In this document: positions 47,701 through 60,230 of the stretch, piece by piece
How the letters are laid out: the number at the start of each line of letters is the position of its first letter
Numbering within the stretch: position 1 is the stretch's first letter
Origin: Pseudovirgaria hyperparasitica
Lineage: Eukaryota
DNA: 64,000 bases
Reading direction: 5' to 3' (one strand)
Assembly (NCBI GenBank): GCA_010093815.1
Contig: ML996577.1
Made by a program: the position numbers and the translations under genes
Notes under the pieces: generated by a model
Database searches by the model: none
Told to the model about the DNA's origin: nothing
The model's input: only the letters and a program-made list of their open reading frames with translations

Positions 47701-50047
47701 AGAGTAGTGACAAACTGAATACTGAAATCGAGGGATCCAAGCGTGCGACTTCCGAGGAACTACTGGCCTTGCGAGACCAAATTGAGCGCCTGGAGCTCGA
47801 AAAGAAAGAACTCTCTGCGACTTTGACGCTTCTCAAAGAAGACGAGTCAGAACACGCGAGACACCTGGAAGCGGAAAAGTTCAAGCTCGAAGCTCTTGTC
47901 GCAGACCGCGAGGAAGAGATCCGCACGATGGAAACCGAACGCGCCGACTTAAAGGAGCTTCAAGCAAAGATTGGGGCCCTCGAACTTGAGCTGTCTGCCA
48001 AGGATCATGCTGTTGATGATGCTCGAAAGAAGCATCAGGATACCGTTCAAAAACAAGAGGCTGATACCAAAGGCTTCGTCGATACCATCAATCAACTCCA
48101 GCAGGAGATTCGCAATCTTGAAGCGGACAAGAGCAGCAGATCACAAGCTGAAGATGAACTTCGTCCCGCGCTAGAGAAGGCCGAGGCTGATCGCGATCAA
48201 GCCACCCAGAAACTCAATGACATTGGAAGCCAGCTCTCTGATCGGCATCTAGAAATCGAATCGCTGACTGCTAAAATGCAGCTAGCTCGCGAGGAGCACG
48301 AGACAGCTCTGTCTTCAAAAAAGGCCGATCTTGTGCGTCAGCAGGAGAAACATACCAAGACCATTGGAGCGTTAGTTGATGAGCATACGGACTCCATGGC
48401 TAGCATGAATTCCAACCTCAAACGATCCCAGGAGAGGTACGACGATTCATTACGCGATCTTCAAGCCGAGCACGAACAAGCGTTGCAATTAGCTCAGGAT
48501 GAGCTCGCCGCCACCCAGAAAAAGCATGAGAACGAAATTCGCTCTCTCAGTGACGTGCATACACAGGAGATTGAGAATATTGAATCCTCGCTCAAGTTAT
48601 CCCATGGGAAAGCGATCGAAGCTATAAATGCGAAACTCTTGTCGGTGCAGGAAGACCGAAGCATCTCAGTCGATGCGCACAAGGCCGAGATGGACAAGAT
48701 AGTATCTGATATGAATGACAGACATTCTCAACTGACCGCACATATGAACAGACTGGTCTCCGAAAACGACGAGAAGCAAGAACAATTCCTTGCTGACTTG
48801 GACACCAAGGTTGCCGAAAAGGCCCTGGAGATACAAAGACTCCAGCAAAAGCTTGCACATGTGACTGGGGAGCTGTCCACGGCCAGAGATGTCGCTACTC
48901 AGTCGTCGTCACAGCATGAGCTTGTTCAATCCCAACTGGCCGTGGTCAACAGAGAGCTTGCTGACGCTCAAGACACAATCACTTCATTAAAGGGCGAGAA
49001 CGAAAATATCGATCGAAAATGGAAGATGTTGACCGAAGAATGGGAAAAGCTTGAGCTCGAGCATAGACAGACCGAGATAGACATAAAAAAAGTCAAGGAG
49101 GAATATGAAAATGCCTGCCGCGTCATCGATCAGCTTCAAGAGGAGCAAAAGGCCATCCGTGATGTTTTCGAAAAGGTCCAGCCAGCGAATTCAGACTTAG
49201 AGCTGTTTAGCCAGGCTGATCTCGACAGTCGCCCGCTAGAGACTCTGGTGCATGAGCTACTATTGCTTGTTCACCATGAACACGAGCGTATGTTGGCTAG
49301 CGAAGACCAAAAGGCATTGGCAGACGTCGCACGCATGCACACAGAGGAAGAGCTTGCGAAGGCTAATCAATTGAGCGTCAAAATGGTCGAAGATATCAAC
49401 GAGATGCGTGCTGAGCGAGGTCTATCGCATCTCAAACCTGATTATGCTGCGGGACAGGAGCATCTCGAGAATGACGGAGATGCAAACATGCCTCCTCTTC
49501 CAAACCGACCGAATGGTGCCACGTATGGTGCAAACAACAACAACAACGTACCAGTGTCAAACCCCATAGCTGTGGCCACGAATGCTCACGCCGAGCACCA
49601 CGGGAAGGTGCGTGAAGAACCAGAACCGAGGGATATCCTCGCAGGAACTGTTAGCCTCACTCACCCCTTGTAATCTCGTTGCTTTCTTTCTCTTGTCACA
49701 TCTTCACCATTTCCTTCTTCCCTTGTATCCTTCCTTGCGATCGCGTCGCTCTTCCGGCTTATTGCTGACTGTGAATAGTTGGCTTCCATACAGGAGTCGG
49801 TGAGGCATTTGGGCGACTTGAATGATGACTTTTTGAACGAGTCGAAGCGGTATGCCACTTTCCTCCACTGTTGAAGATTGTTATGTGACTGACGTCGACT
49901 AGTATGACTGCTGCTCTCGAGACCGCTTCTGTTGGTTCCCTAGCCAGCTCCCGGGTCACGAGCTCTGCGGGTGCTGTTCCGGCTCATGCGCCTAATTCTG
50001 CCAGGGAAGACGTCGACGAGGATCTAGACGTTAGGGACCGGGGATGA
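44751..50047 (+). CDS. Large coiled-coil protein with a basic S/T/P-rich N-terminus; join(44751..45526,45581..49649,49779..49850,49903..50047)
   Basis: The 271-aa and 1338-aa ORFs are joined in frame by a 54-nt intron (45527..45580). Two further short 3' exons (LASIQESVRHLGDLNDDFLNESKR; MTAALET..RDRG*); the 3' exon boundaries are approximate. Confidence 0.8.
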
Positions 50048-53000
50048 TACCCAACCACACTTGCATATGAATGAGCGATGGCGTTTCCGTGAGGCTGGCA
50101 TCTACTTCTTCAGCGCTGAAAAGATACCCCTTCCATAAGCGGTTTGTTTGTTTCTTTTTCGTCTTGGACTTACAATGAGAGAGGAGAGTATGAACTGCCA
50201 CGAGTCTAGACGGCGAATAATATCAAGCTTATTAGCTGAAATATACGAGATCTCACCAAGCCCTTGTTCTTATGTCGTGTGAGGTGAATGTGACTAACGC
50301 GCCGCGAGGACACCTGGTGGCGGAGAGTGAGAGGGCAAGTCGAGCGGCGCGAAGTTATGGGAATGGTTTGGAGTATCAGGCACGGTTTATTGCTCGCCTG
50401 CCTAGTGCGTGCCTGCACCAAAACTTTAATATCCCTGGAGCACTTGACCCTTGTATTCAGTCAAACATATTGTCTCACACTTTATTACTCTTTCTAAAGG
50501 AAATGGCCTCGTCAAAATCAGAGTCCCTTTGATTCGGACCGCAAAACCTAAGTCCATTCGTGACCAACAATCCCGATCCGAGGACGTAGAAGTATTGAAC
50601 ATTGAGAAGACCAAGACGGAGAAGGAGATCAAGGTATCCAATTGAGAATCGTCATGAAGCTCCCAGTACAGGCCTTCTTTGGGAAAAGATGACCCGCCTG
50701 TTCTCGAGGACGACGATTCGTCTCTACCGATGGTAGTTGTGTCAGCGTCCGAGCCATGATCGAAGTGGTTCGAATACGATGACGGTATAATTGAACTGCA
50801 TTTCGGATGGTCTAGAAACTTCGCTTGTCTCTTGGGGCATACTACACGGTTGGCAGCTTGGACATGCCGGAAGCCATCGAGCGTTGGGAGAAGTGGCCCT
50901 GGCCATACCATCACCTCTCCACCATCGCCATCGGAACCCTTCCTTACAAATCTGAGCAGGCAGAGATAATCCTTCAGCCTTTGCATCAACAGCGAGCTTC
51001 TTCCCTCTCAACTGACTCCTTCTTCGTCGTCAGCCCCGGCCATAACCCCTTTGACGATCGAGCCTTGGACTTGAGTACAGATCACGAATCATATACCTAT
51101 ATATCACTAGCTAAACTCACTGATAGTTTCATTTCTCACTTTCCGAAGCCCATGTCCACGATGGCTGTCCTTGTCTTCTTTCGTCGCGATTCGCCACGAG
51201 CAGCCGCAGAAAGACCCGGCTGATGCTACAACCCCCTATCATGTCAAAATCACAGTAGCATCGAGCATGCCGCACAACAGAATGTTCAGTTCCATTGACC
51301 CGATATATTCGAAATTGATCTTAGTGAGTCAACATCTCTGCGAGAGCGCGCCGTGCCCGCCGCCCGTTTTAGACTTGGAAAAACACAATACAACCAGTGG
51401 TACATACCATCGCCTTCCTCCTCTGTTCCTCCACTTTTATAGACCGCCGGCTATATATAAGACCTCGCACTCACCTCCTACAATCTTCCGAACCCTGGGT
51501 CAAGGAAATACATCCGCAATAATACAGCTTAGCATCGCAACGTCCTGTGACAAGCAAGAATAAGGAGAAATCACACTACCATACCCACTTCGCGCATGCC
51601 AGGAACATGTTACCTCTGCTAGAAGGCGTACTTCGGGTCGGCTTCTGTCGTTGTGTCGGCCTTGTCAAGGATCAGTTGCGAGGTCTATGCGCAAATATAC
51701 TACAGCTCGCCATACGTGAAAGCAGCTACAGTGTGTATTGAAAAGGAAGTGAACGTCAAGAAATCACCGACGACAGTGGACTAGTACAGGCTCACCATGG
51801 TGCTTGTCCCGCCACCGTACAATTTAGACGCTTTTCAGGGGCTTGATTGTTTGGTACGGGCACGGCGAAGTATACAGGGAGCTATGATCCGAAGTGGACG
51901 AAAGAGCCCGTCGGCCTGTTACTAGATCACCGTCGCGCAGTTTCCGGAGACGAGAACAGGGCGCGGAGGCAGTATCTTCAGATCGTCTTTGGAGAAGGCG
52001 ACCGCGAGAATAGTAATAAGGATTGACAGGCAGGCGTTGGATATAGAGACATAACAGATCGTCTGATCTTACATTATAGAAGTCTTACGACTAGGCGTTT
52101 TTGAGAAACCAGTTTCACATATACTAATATGCTAATATGCTGATTTCAAATCCCGCGACGTGGCCGTTCTACCTGCTTTCCATGTCCGTGATTATCTGCA
52201 CCGTCACTTCTATGCTAAAGTCTCAGAAACATAGCGCCATATGCGCTGTCCTAGGCCTGAGAGCCTAAACCCAGGATGGCTATTGCCGTGATGGGAAAAG
52301 CTTGGGTGACACTACGATGCATGAGGTCTTGAGAGGTATACACGGTAGTGTTATTCTCTACAGATCTGTCTGTACATATATGAAATATATGGCTGCTCTC
52401 TTTTTCTGGATTCTCATTTAAGTCCTATTTGATTTTCTCTGTGATACCTGCGCGCTCTTGATCTGTAGCGCCTGTTCACCCCTCTGGATACTCGTGATGG
52501 CTCACCATGGATGGGCTGATGACGCCGTGGTGGCATTGTGTAATACTTCGCGTTGGTGGTGGCATACTGTCTTATGCCATGCTTTATCTGTGTTACCGAG
52601 TGTTCCACGGAGGAATTGCAGTTGTTGAAGTAAATTTAAGATGCTCTAGCCGAAGTTCAACCTGAATTTTCATGATCCGTTCAGTGGTGGCATAAGCAGC
52701 CGATGGCGCATCATTTGACTCTCCAGAGCTCACTATGGTGTATATTGACACCAGGAAACTAGGATACATTCGAGGGGAGTATGGGCGATCTGCTCCCGTC
52801 ATTGGCCACTCGTCAGGTGGTAAATCGTATGAAGGATGAGGAAGAGGCGCGTGAGTGGCTGCTGGGGAAGATCAAGGACATGGGAGTCTGCTGTTGGTCC
52901 GGATTGTGCTGGTGTTTTGTTAGCGAAGATCTTGAGATTCTATATTTCATCACGACTGAGCTCTTGAGTGTCGGCTGAGAGTGTGATTGTAAGCTTCCCA

Positions 53001-53456
53001 TGTTGGAGTACACAGGGTGTGTGTGTGTTCAGGAGTAAAGGTGTGGTTGGAGGGCTTTGTGTTTGCCTCTGTCTCATCTCACTACCAGTGTACTTTAGTG
53101 TGTGAGACAGGGCATCTGGCTCGAGTGCTCTCATTAAGGAATGGCATAGGTGGGTGTGGTTCATAGGGGTCTTACGTGTGCTAAAGATGATCCTTTTGTT
53201 ATGCTGTTTCGAGATGACAAAGAAGAGGCTCTCTCGTCGAACCAGCCTGTTATATTAGCACCTCAGGTAGCATTGCGTCATGCACCAAGCCGCAAATTCC
53301 AGATATTACAGGGTAGGTTTCGAAGCTAGTGTGTAAGGCTAGGCGGAAGTGAACGCTATGGCCTTTCACACCCACCCTCCGTGCCTTCAGGGTCCACACC
53401 ACCCACCAAGAACCTTGAATCTACGATATATATTTTCGTCGAGTTGTATGCTCTTC

Positions 53457-53557
53457 GCCTTCGGGCAATTGGTCAATATGAAACGATACAGAGAAGATTA
53501 GCTCGGCCCCTGCACTAAGGATGACGATCTTAATCAAAGAGATTACTACATTTTTTT
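53457..53557 (+). ncRNA. U6: U6 spliceosomal snRNA (divergent sequence)
   Basis: 5' GCC-UUCG-GGC hairpin, GAAACGATACAGAGAAGATTAGC (ACAGAGA box and AGC triad), ISL CCCCTGCACTAAGGATGAC, U2-pairing TCAAAGAGAT, and a T7 terminator. Confidence 0.95.
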
Positions 53558-53567
53558 GACGTTTTTT
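53551..53567 (+). terminator. Pol III oligo-T terminators (T7 and backup T6)
   Basis: TTTTTTT at 53551-53557 and TTTTTT at 53562-53567. Confidence 0.85.
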
Positions 53568-55129
53568 GGGACCCGGTTCGACTCTCTTTCATGGACTTCT
53601 TACTTTTATTTTGCTTCTTGTTTTGCGGTGGTGGGGAAAGATTGGTGGCACAGTCACTCAGCTTCGATGGAAGGTTTTTTTTCAGCATCTTCCACTAGCT
53701 ACATGGCAAATCAGTGATGACCTTCATGAGATACACCTGATGTGTACGGCGACTTGGGCTCTTTATTTCTGAGTTACAATAGGTCACAGAGTCCTGCAGA
53801 GATGTACCGAGAGGATTATGGCGGACAGTCATCTTGCCATTAAACACGACGACATTGACTATAGGCACTGACAGGAGCACATTGCGAAGATACCTAACCT
53901 TCCCTAATAGTGATACTGATGTCTTAATGGTATTGGAGTTGAGGCAACGAACAGAGTTGAGTCTTTGTGTCGGTGTCTCTTAGCCTGTCTTGCTACATTT
54001 CCCCAAGCAGCTGCAGACGGCAGTGGACTTGTCGGTCTACTTAATGAGCTTTGCTACCGTTAATACTCAACATTGCAAGATAAATTTGCGCTCAAATGCT
54101 GCATTCGTAAATTGGTGAGGCGGAAGTTGGTTGGAGGTGTTACAAATCGTGCTTGCAGGTCGCAGTTTTGGCATCCAGTAATCTACACTCTAAATTGGTA
54201 GACAGTAACTTAAGTTTGGAAAATTCTCATTCAAACTGCATATTGAGTCTCGAGACTTGCCATTTATATTACCCTATCACGTTTCTGAGGGGGGTCTGAG
54301 GGGGCTTTTGGCGAAATTCGACGTGCGCTCTAATTGAGGTGAGCTGGCGTCAATGAATGCTTTCTTTACTTTCATGGCGGCGGTGTCGATTTCGCTTGTT
54401 GTACACTGGCGAGAGTGACGTGTTCCTCGGAAGAACTTCCAATATGTCTTGATGTTGCTGCCTGAAGATGCTCCTAGACGGATGTTGTGTCCGCCCTATG
54501 GATGTTAACAACAGATTGATGAGCTATGATGCCATCGAAAACTCGCTACTGCACAATGCCAACCAGAACTATCCTTACTCGGGTGCTGATTGAATGATGT
54601 AGTGTAGAACAACGCTTCGACCTAATCTCGCTACTTGAGCTTGTCAAACTATTGGTTATCATTGGCACGTGTAGAACATCATCACGGAACCGATACGCTG
54701 AGAATCCTATGGAAGGTTTCCATTACTGTTCTGTCTGTTCAGATAATCACAAATACTATTAGCCAGCAGACTGTTTAGCTACTCATATCTAGCAAAGGAG
54801 ACAAAAATTATGCTATCCAGTTCACACAGAACCTCAGTGAGCAGGCTTCTTTATTAAATTCATACTTACGTTCATCATGGGAGGAGTTTATTTGCTTTAC
54901 CTGGTAGACCATCCGAGAATGTAGAAAATAGCCCGAACCAGTAGGTATGAAGCCTAACACAGCGAACCCCTGGCCCATAGGCAGAAAGACCACGTATAAA
55001 ACCGCTTAGGATGAGGTATAATATTATCACAAAGCACTTAAAGTCGCTAGATTGGAGTGTGTATTTTGATAGTCACGAACTCTATTACGGAATGGGTGCT
55101 TTAGAGGTTGTATTTGGGATATTAGAAGT

Positions 55130-55716
55130 CTAGGCCCTTTTTCGTAGCTCTGTCAAAGCGTCCTCTGCCCGCTTCATCGCCTGCTCTGCCATATCCAGGA
55201 ATCTGATGGCGCTTCTCATTTCATCGATCCCCTGGCCAGCCTCCTCCGACAGATTAGCGCTTCTGTTTGCCGTGTCGCGCCACTGGCACGTGAGTGTGTA
55301 CTCGCGAGCCATACGTTGTCGGAGATCGACAATATCTGCGTTGTCTGACCTTCTCTGGTCACTAGGAACCGCATTAGGCTACACGATCTAAAAGTATTAC
55401 TTTGTGGACTAACACTTCATCCGCCAGGTACCCATTGTGATCCCTTTGTTCAATGTCGACTTCGGTGGCGAATGCGTTCATCCGGGCAACAAGGTCGGTG
55501 CATTTAGTTCGCCAGATCAGGCGTTCTGGCATCGGTGGTGGTGGATCGCTGGAAGCCGCACGGCTGGGGATGGTAGGCTCATCTACTGACTATTATTAGT
55601 ATGTCGACATCGAGCTTCAAAGCGAAGATCTATAAACAATGATAACCTTTGGAGAAGAACCTTGACCTCAGTCGGCGGAGACCCTGGCGTATATTGGTAG
55701 ATTGGTGGGACACCAT
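55130..55716 (-). CDS. Putative 156-aa orphan protein; complement(join(55130..55361,55414..55582,55647..55716))
   Basis: Two introns (GTTATC..CTAAT..TAG, 64 nt; GTTAGT..CTAAT..TAG, 52 nt) give one open frame MVSHQSTNIRQGLRRLRSRFFSK..ELRKRA*. The first donor is weak. Confidence 0.55.
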
Positions 55717-58536
55717 GTTGGAGAGAATTGGAAAGATTTTTAGTTGGGACTGGAAGATCTATGAACCCAGTAGTTGCAGGAGAAAAGACAGAAAAGGAAA
55801 GGGAATTTCTAATCTTGTGGTGCGGCTACATTCGTCTCGTGGTGACTCGGATTCTGTTAACAATCAAAGCATAAAACAATGGCAGCGTATGGACAGGGGT
55901 ACGTGATCTGTGACTGACTTGCTAGGAGCCCTAGTGCAAACGACATTCTTCACAACACCAACCAGCTGCCCAAGTTCGACCTTGGAAATGTCATCAATTG
56001 CACTTTGAACTGAAGCTAACAACTCACTAGTAATTGCCAACGCTCTCTACATCACCTAGCTACTCTACACATTACCTGGGTACCTCGTGAAGCTCCCAAG
56101 TACTCAAAAAAAAACCGGTAAGTCTCAAGGTCAACCTGTACTTGGCTTGGGCCGACAACACAACTCCCTGATAAACTTACATCTCAGGTAGGCATAGAAT
56201 GAGACAAAAGCAGATGCAGAGATGTACGGTTCCTCATCATATACTCAACAGGTTTAATATGCTGTACAAGACGCATAAGTTTCCACCTTAAAACAATTCA
56301 CTGTCTTATCCACGGTGAGTAACATCTACAAATGGATCAATCGAAGCAGTATTTAAGAGTGGGTACAAAATATAATGTGGATTCGCCGAATCGCCAATGC
56401 TGTGGTACGGACATCTTTGAAAATGTGTTCTCATGAGCACTTCGAATTCAGAGTGACGATACAATGACTGCTGTAGAAATTGGCCTGACGCCCATAGCTG
56501 TCTGGCTCATGGCCATATCTCATGGCATTCAGTTGTGCAAAGGACCAGAAAGAACAAATACATCATTATGGATGTGTGAGCTTCATGGAATTATAAAGCA
56601 AGAGATTAATAGCATTTTTAGGGTGCGCAATCAGACTCAGCAAGCAATAAGGCAGTAAACACCAACCATATCGTCCGGTCTCGCAGACAGTACTTTCTCA
56701 AGAACTTTCGGAGCCTTTGAAATAGTGGCCATGGTAGATTCACACACATACAAATAATGGTTAATTAGTGTTAATCGAGTTCTAATCTGGCGACTTTGTT
56801 ACCAGAAAACAGCTAAAAAGTATAGTGGCATGGGACAAGGATAAATACTAATATCTCGTCAACCAGCCTCCAATCTCAAGACAGAAGAGCCATGATGGCC
56901 TAGCTATCTCTCACTTCAAGCCCAACGATAACCTCTCCTCCTACAATTGCGCCTCGGATCCACAGTAGTCGCAGAATATAGCAGCAAGAGACGGTCAAGT
57001 ACTGGAAGGTTTGCTGAAAATAGCATAGTCCGGACACATAAGACATCAAAGATCTTATTTCTTTCCAAGAGATACGAGGCAAGGAGGCTTCTGTCTCATA
57101 CATTCTTGTGTGGAGATAGGTATCACCGGAGTGGGTTCTAAACTACAGCTGTCCGCCATTAATCGGCGCATTCTCGCATGTGTTTTTGGTCCCTAGGTGC
57201 GTAAGTCCCACGGCAAAGGATTTCTGGCTGATTGTAACAAATACCTATTCTTCCAATGGATCTTATCTTTCACGCTGCACGGATGCTAGCGCTCGAAAAG
57301 ACAGCTCTCTCTTGTTCCGCTCACTCGATCGTTTCTTTCCAGTACTCGCTAATACACAAATTCATCTCTCGCTATCTGCCGATCGCAAGGCTTTGGAACA
57401 ACTCGTACGCAAATTGAACACAGATTGAAATGACTCGGCTCGATGGTATGGCTCGCTCTGCACCATTGTACACTTGTATCAGACGTTCTGGTCTGAGGAC
57501 TTCCTTGCACCATAATGGCAGTGGCTATGACATTGGCCTGCTCACAATAGGTATGTATGTAAGACTACAATACCATAGTTCTCGAAGCTAATGCGATTGA
57601 TAGACGACGCCATTATCCCATCTCTCTATTCTTGACCAAAAGCTTGCTACCGAAGCGCTCATCATCAGACACCTATGCATCATGTTACATACACAAGCAT
57701 GCGAACCTGGAAGTTAGAAAGAGCAGACGCTTTTGCATATCAAGGATGATGGAATAATCAGTTCCGTATGGAAGGACAATTCACAGGCCACAGATATCCC
57801 TTCATAATCAACCTACAAAGGAACGTTGGAGCTAGCTGAGGCCAACAGGGACCGGCAGCAGATTTGCGAGGGCGGACCTCGATGAAGGAGCGACAACGCG
57901 AAAGAAGCAGAGCGGAGTGCTACCAGCTATCAAGATTTGGACCGTGTGTGTGATGGGAAAAGTACAAGGACGATTCATTATGTATGCATCTGACAAGGGT
58001 GGATTGTTCATCTCCATGCAGAAGCGGCAATGAAAGTAGCTGTTGTTTTCCCACCACCGCTCTAAACAAAATTATGATGTAATAAGCATCTTCAATTGAT
58101 CTTTGGTCTTCAAATACTGGGATATTAAACGCCTGTACACCTGCGATTTTGCTTCCACTATTTGCCACATCGTCAGCGGTGCGCAGATATATAGTAACTG
58201 AACAAAAGTCTGGCAGTTCTTCCAGCAGATTTCCTAAGTAATGCCCAATTATTGTATAATACAGCCATTTATTTCCAGCTGATTCTGAATACTCACGGAA
58301 AAACGTACGCTTAAACTCTTCAGAGCCATTTAAGCAGGTTCTTATCAGAACCGGAGTTGAATATCGGAGTTAGCACCATGGAGCTCAGCTAAGGTCGACA
58401 GAAATGATTTCATTGATATACATAAGAGTCATTGGCTCTTCGAGTTTGGTTTAGGAAATTAGTAACAGCTGCCTAGAGCGTCGGAGGTCTTGGGTATCCC
58501 TGTCATACCAGGCCTCTGCGATTGTCAGTCATGCGG

Positions 58537-58575
58537 GTAGTTTGCCAAGATCAGAGTAGTTTGCCAAGATCAGAG
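58537..58575. repeat. Exact 19-bp tandem duplication GTAGTTTGCCAAGATCAGA
   Basis: Copies start at 58537 and 58556. Confidence 0.9.
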
Positions 58576-60230
58576 GATGATTTCAAGACTGATTGGCTTC
58601 AGGTTCGTGATCGAAGGAGGAATTGGGCGGACTCTTTAACGTAGAACTTCTGACTACCCCTGTCATCTCACCAGTGGGATCGTAATCGCCGAGTCTAGAT
58701 CGGATTTTCGAAACTGATTGGGTGGATGTTATTCATTCAGGAAAGAACTTATATATCGTGGGACTCCGTGCCCACCCCTGTCGAAGCTAATATACGTGGC
58801 ATTTTCTCTGAATTGAGTTTGGTGCGCCCGTCCAGGGCGACCATTAGCTTAGTTTTGATAATCATTCCTGCAAGGGAGTTCACGGTGGGGCACAAGAACT
58901 GCCTATTGAACAAGGATGTATGTAGTCACCTAAATCGAAGTAGGCTTTTATTCCTATTGGCTTAACCGCGACCTGGTTTGGAAGTTGTGCCTCCAGCGTT
59001 GAATCTCTTAAATTTTAGCGTGGAACCGTTGAACCTTGACTTAGTGTCGTGGAAACTGCAGGTACTTGGCCATTGTATAATCCATCATTACCATAATAGT
59101 GTACCTAGGTTCGGTTCTTTCTTTTTTAAATGGAACTAACACTTCACAAATTGAACTTATCGATTGTAGATAAAGCACGAGCATACATTTTTTGTTTCTA
59201 TTTCTTAGAAATTTGGGATTCTAATACAGAAGATAGCTACTAATTTTGAGAACAAGAGGAAGGCATGAAAGCCGGCTTCACGACGCAAGGCATGTGGAAA
59301 CCATCTCCTAAGCTTATCTGGCGAATCCTCTCTGAAGTTTCAGAGTGTTCGTTGTCTGTTATCACATCGTCTCGAGCATGCTGCCTATTTTTGGAGGGGA
59401 AATTCTTCAAGGTTTGGTTACTTCTACTATGCTTCCTCTACTAGTAAGGTAAGAGCTTCATGTTTAATACGCGAAGCCATGACTAAAAGTGCTTGCGCAT
59501 ATTCTACTTGTATTTCTTGCTGATTCATAACTTTACTACCATAGGTCTACCGAGTCTGCGACTTGCACATGGTTTATCTTGGTAGCTTTGAATCACTGAA
59601 CGACCCCATATACAAATTGAAGACTAGATATCGCACGATCAGAATGGCTGTTGGGAATGTCAGCCAGTAACAGGAGACTGAAATCACCACAATGTCGGAT
59701 GTGTTCTTAGTTTTTTCACAAAATTCAAAAGCCCTGCTGGACCAACCACTGCAACCCTTCCATAAACGATACTATCATAGCACCCCCTTCTTGATTGGTG
59801 TACTTAGGAATTAGTATTCGATCTTGTGTCATGGAATCGATGGATATTTACACTACATGCGATGAATACAGATTCCACACGCGTATTCAGTGCTTCTACA
59901 TAAAAAAACTTAATCCTCAGGGAGAAAGTGGGCTTGTACAACTTGAAAATGTCGTGCGAACCCTATAACGACACTCCTTATAGTAGCGGCAGAAGCTGCC
60001 GGGTACGAGAAGACACCAGGAGATATGGTTTACAGATGTACAGAAACGATGGAAATATCTAGATCCACGTAGGTCAAAATATAATATTTTTCTATCTGTA
60101 ATGCTAATATGATGCGAGAAGCTACTCCACGACAGCATCAATTTTTACTTAGGATACCAATTTCAAACTCCTTGCCAGCTGCCTCAACATCCACAGCAGA
60201 CACCTCAGCTGCTACTTGTCTGTTGGGTAC

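Larger units (their letters stand above)
53427..53584 (+). promoter_or_regulatory. RNA polymerase III promoter of U6: TATA (53427-53434), internal A box (53470-53480), downstream B box (53575-53584)
   Basis: TATATATT at about -30; TGGTCAATATG fits TRGYNNANNNG; GGTTCGACTC lies 3' of the terminator, as in yeast SNR6. Confidence 0.8.

Noticed and set aside
50426..51223. Overlapping 187-aa (minus) and 132-aa (plus) ORFs
   Set aside because: No family motif and no convincing start or splice model; cannot be supported as a gene from sequence alone.
52414..53164. Chain of short minus-strand ORFs before U6
   Set aside because: The frames could not be joined by credible introns.
53575..53584. GGTTCGACTC as a tRNA T-loop
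   Set aside because: No cloverleaf can be folded; better explained as the U6 downstream B box.
53714..53772. GTGATGA...CTGA...CTGA resembling a box C/D snoRNA
   Set aside because: Only about 60 nt long, with no recognisable rRNA or snRNA antisense guide.
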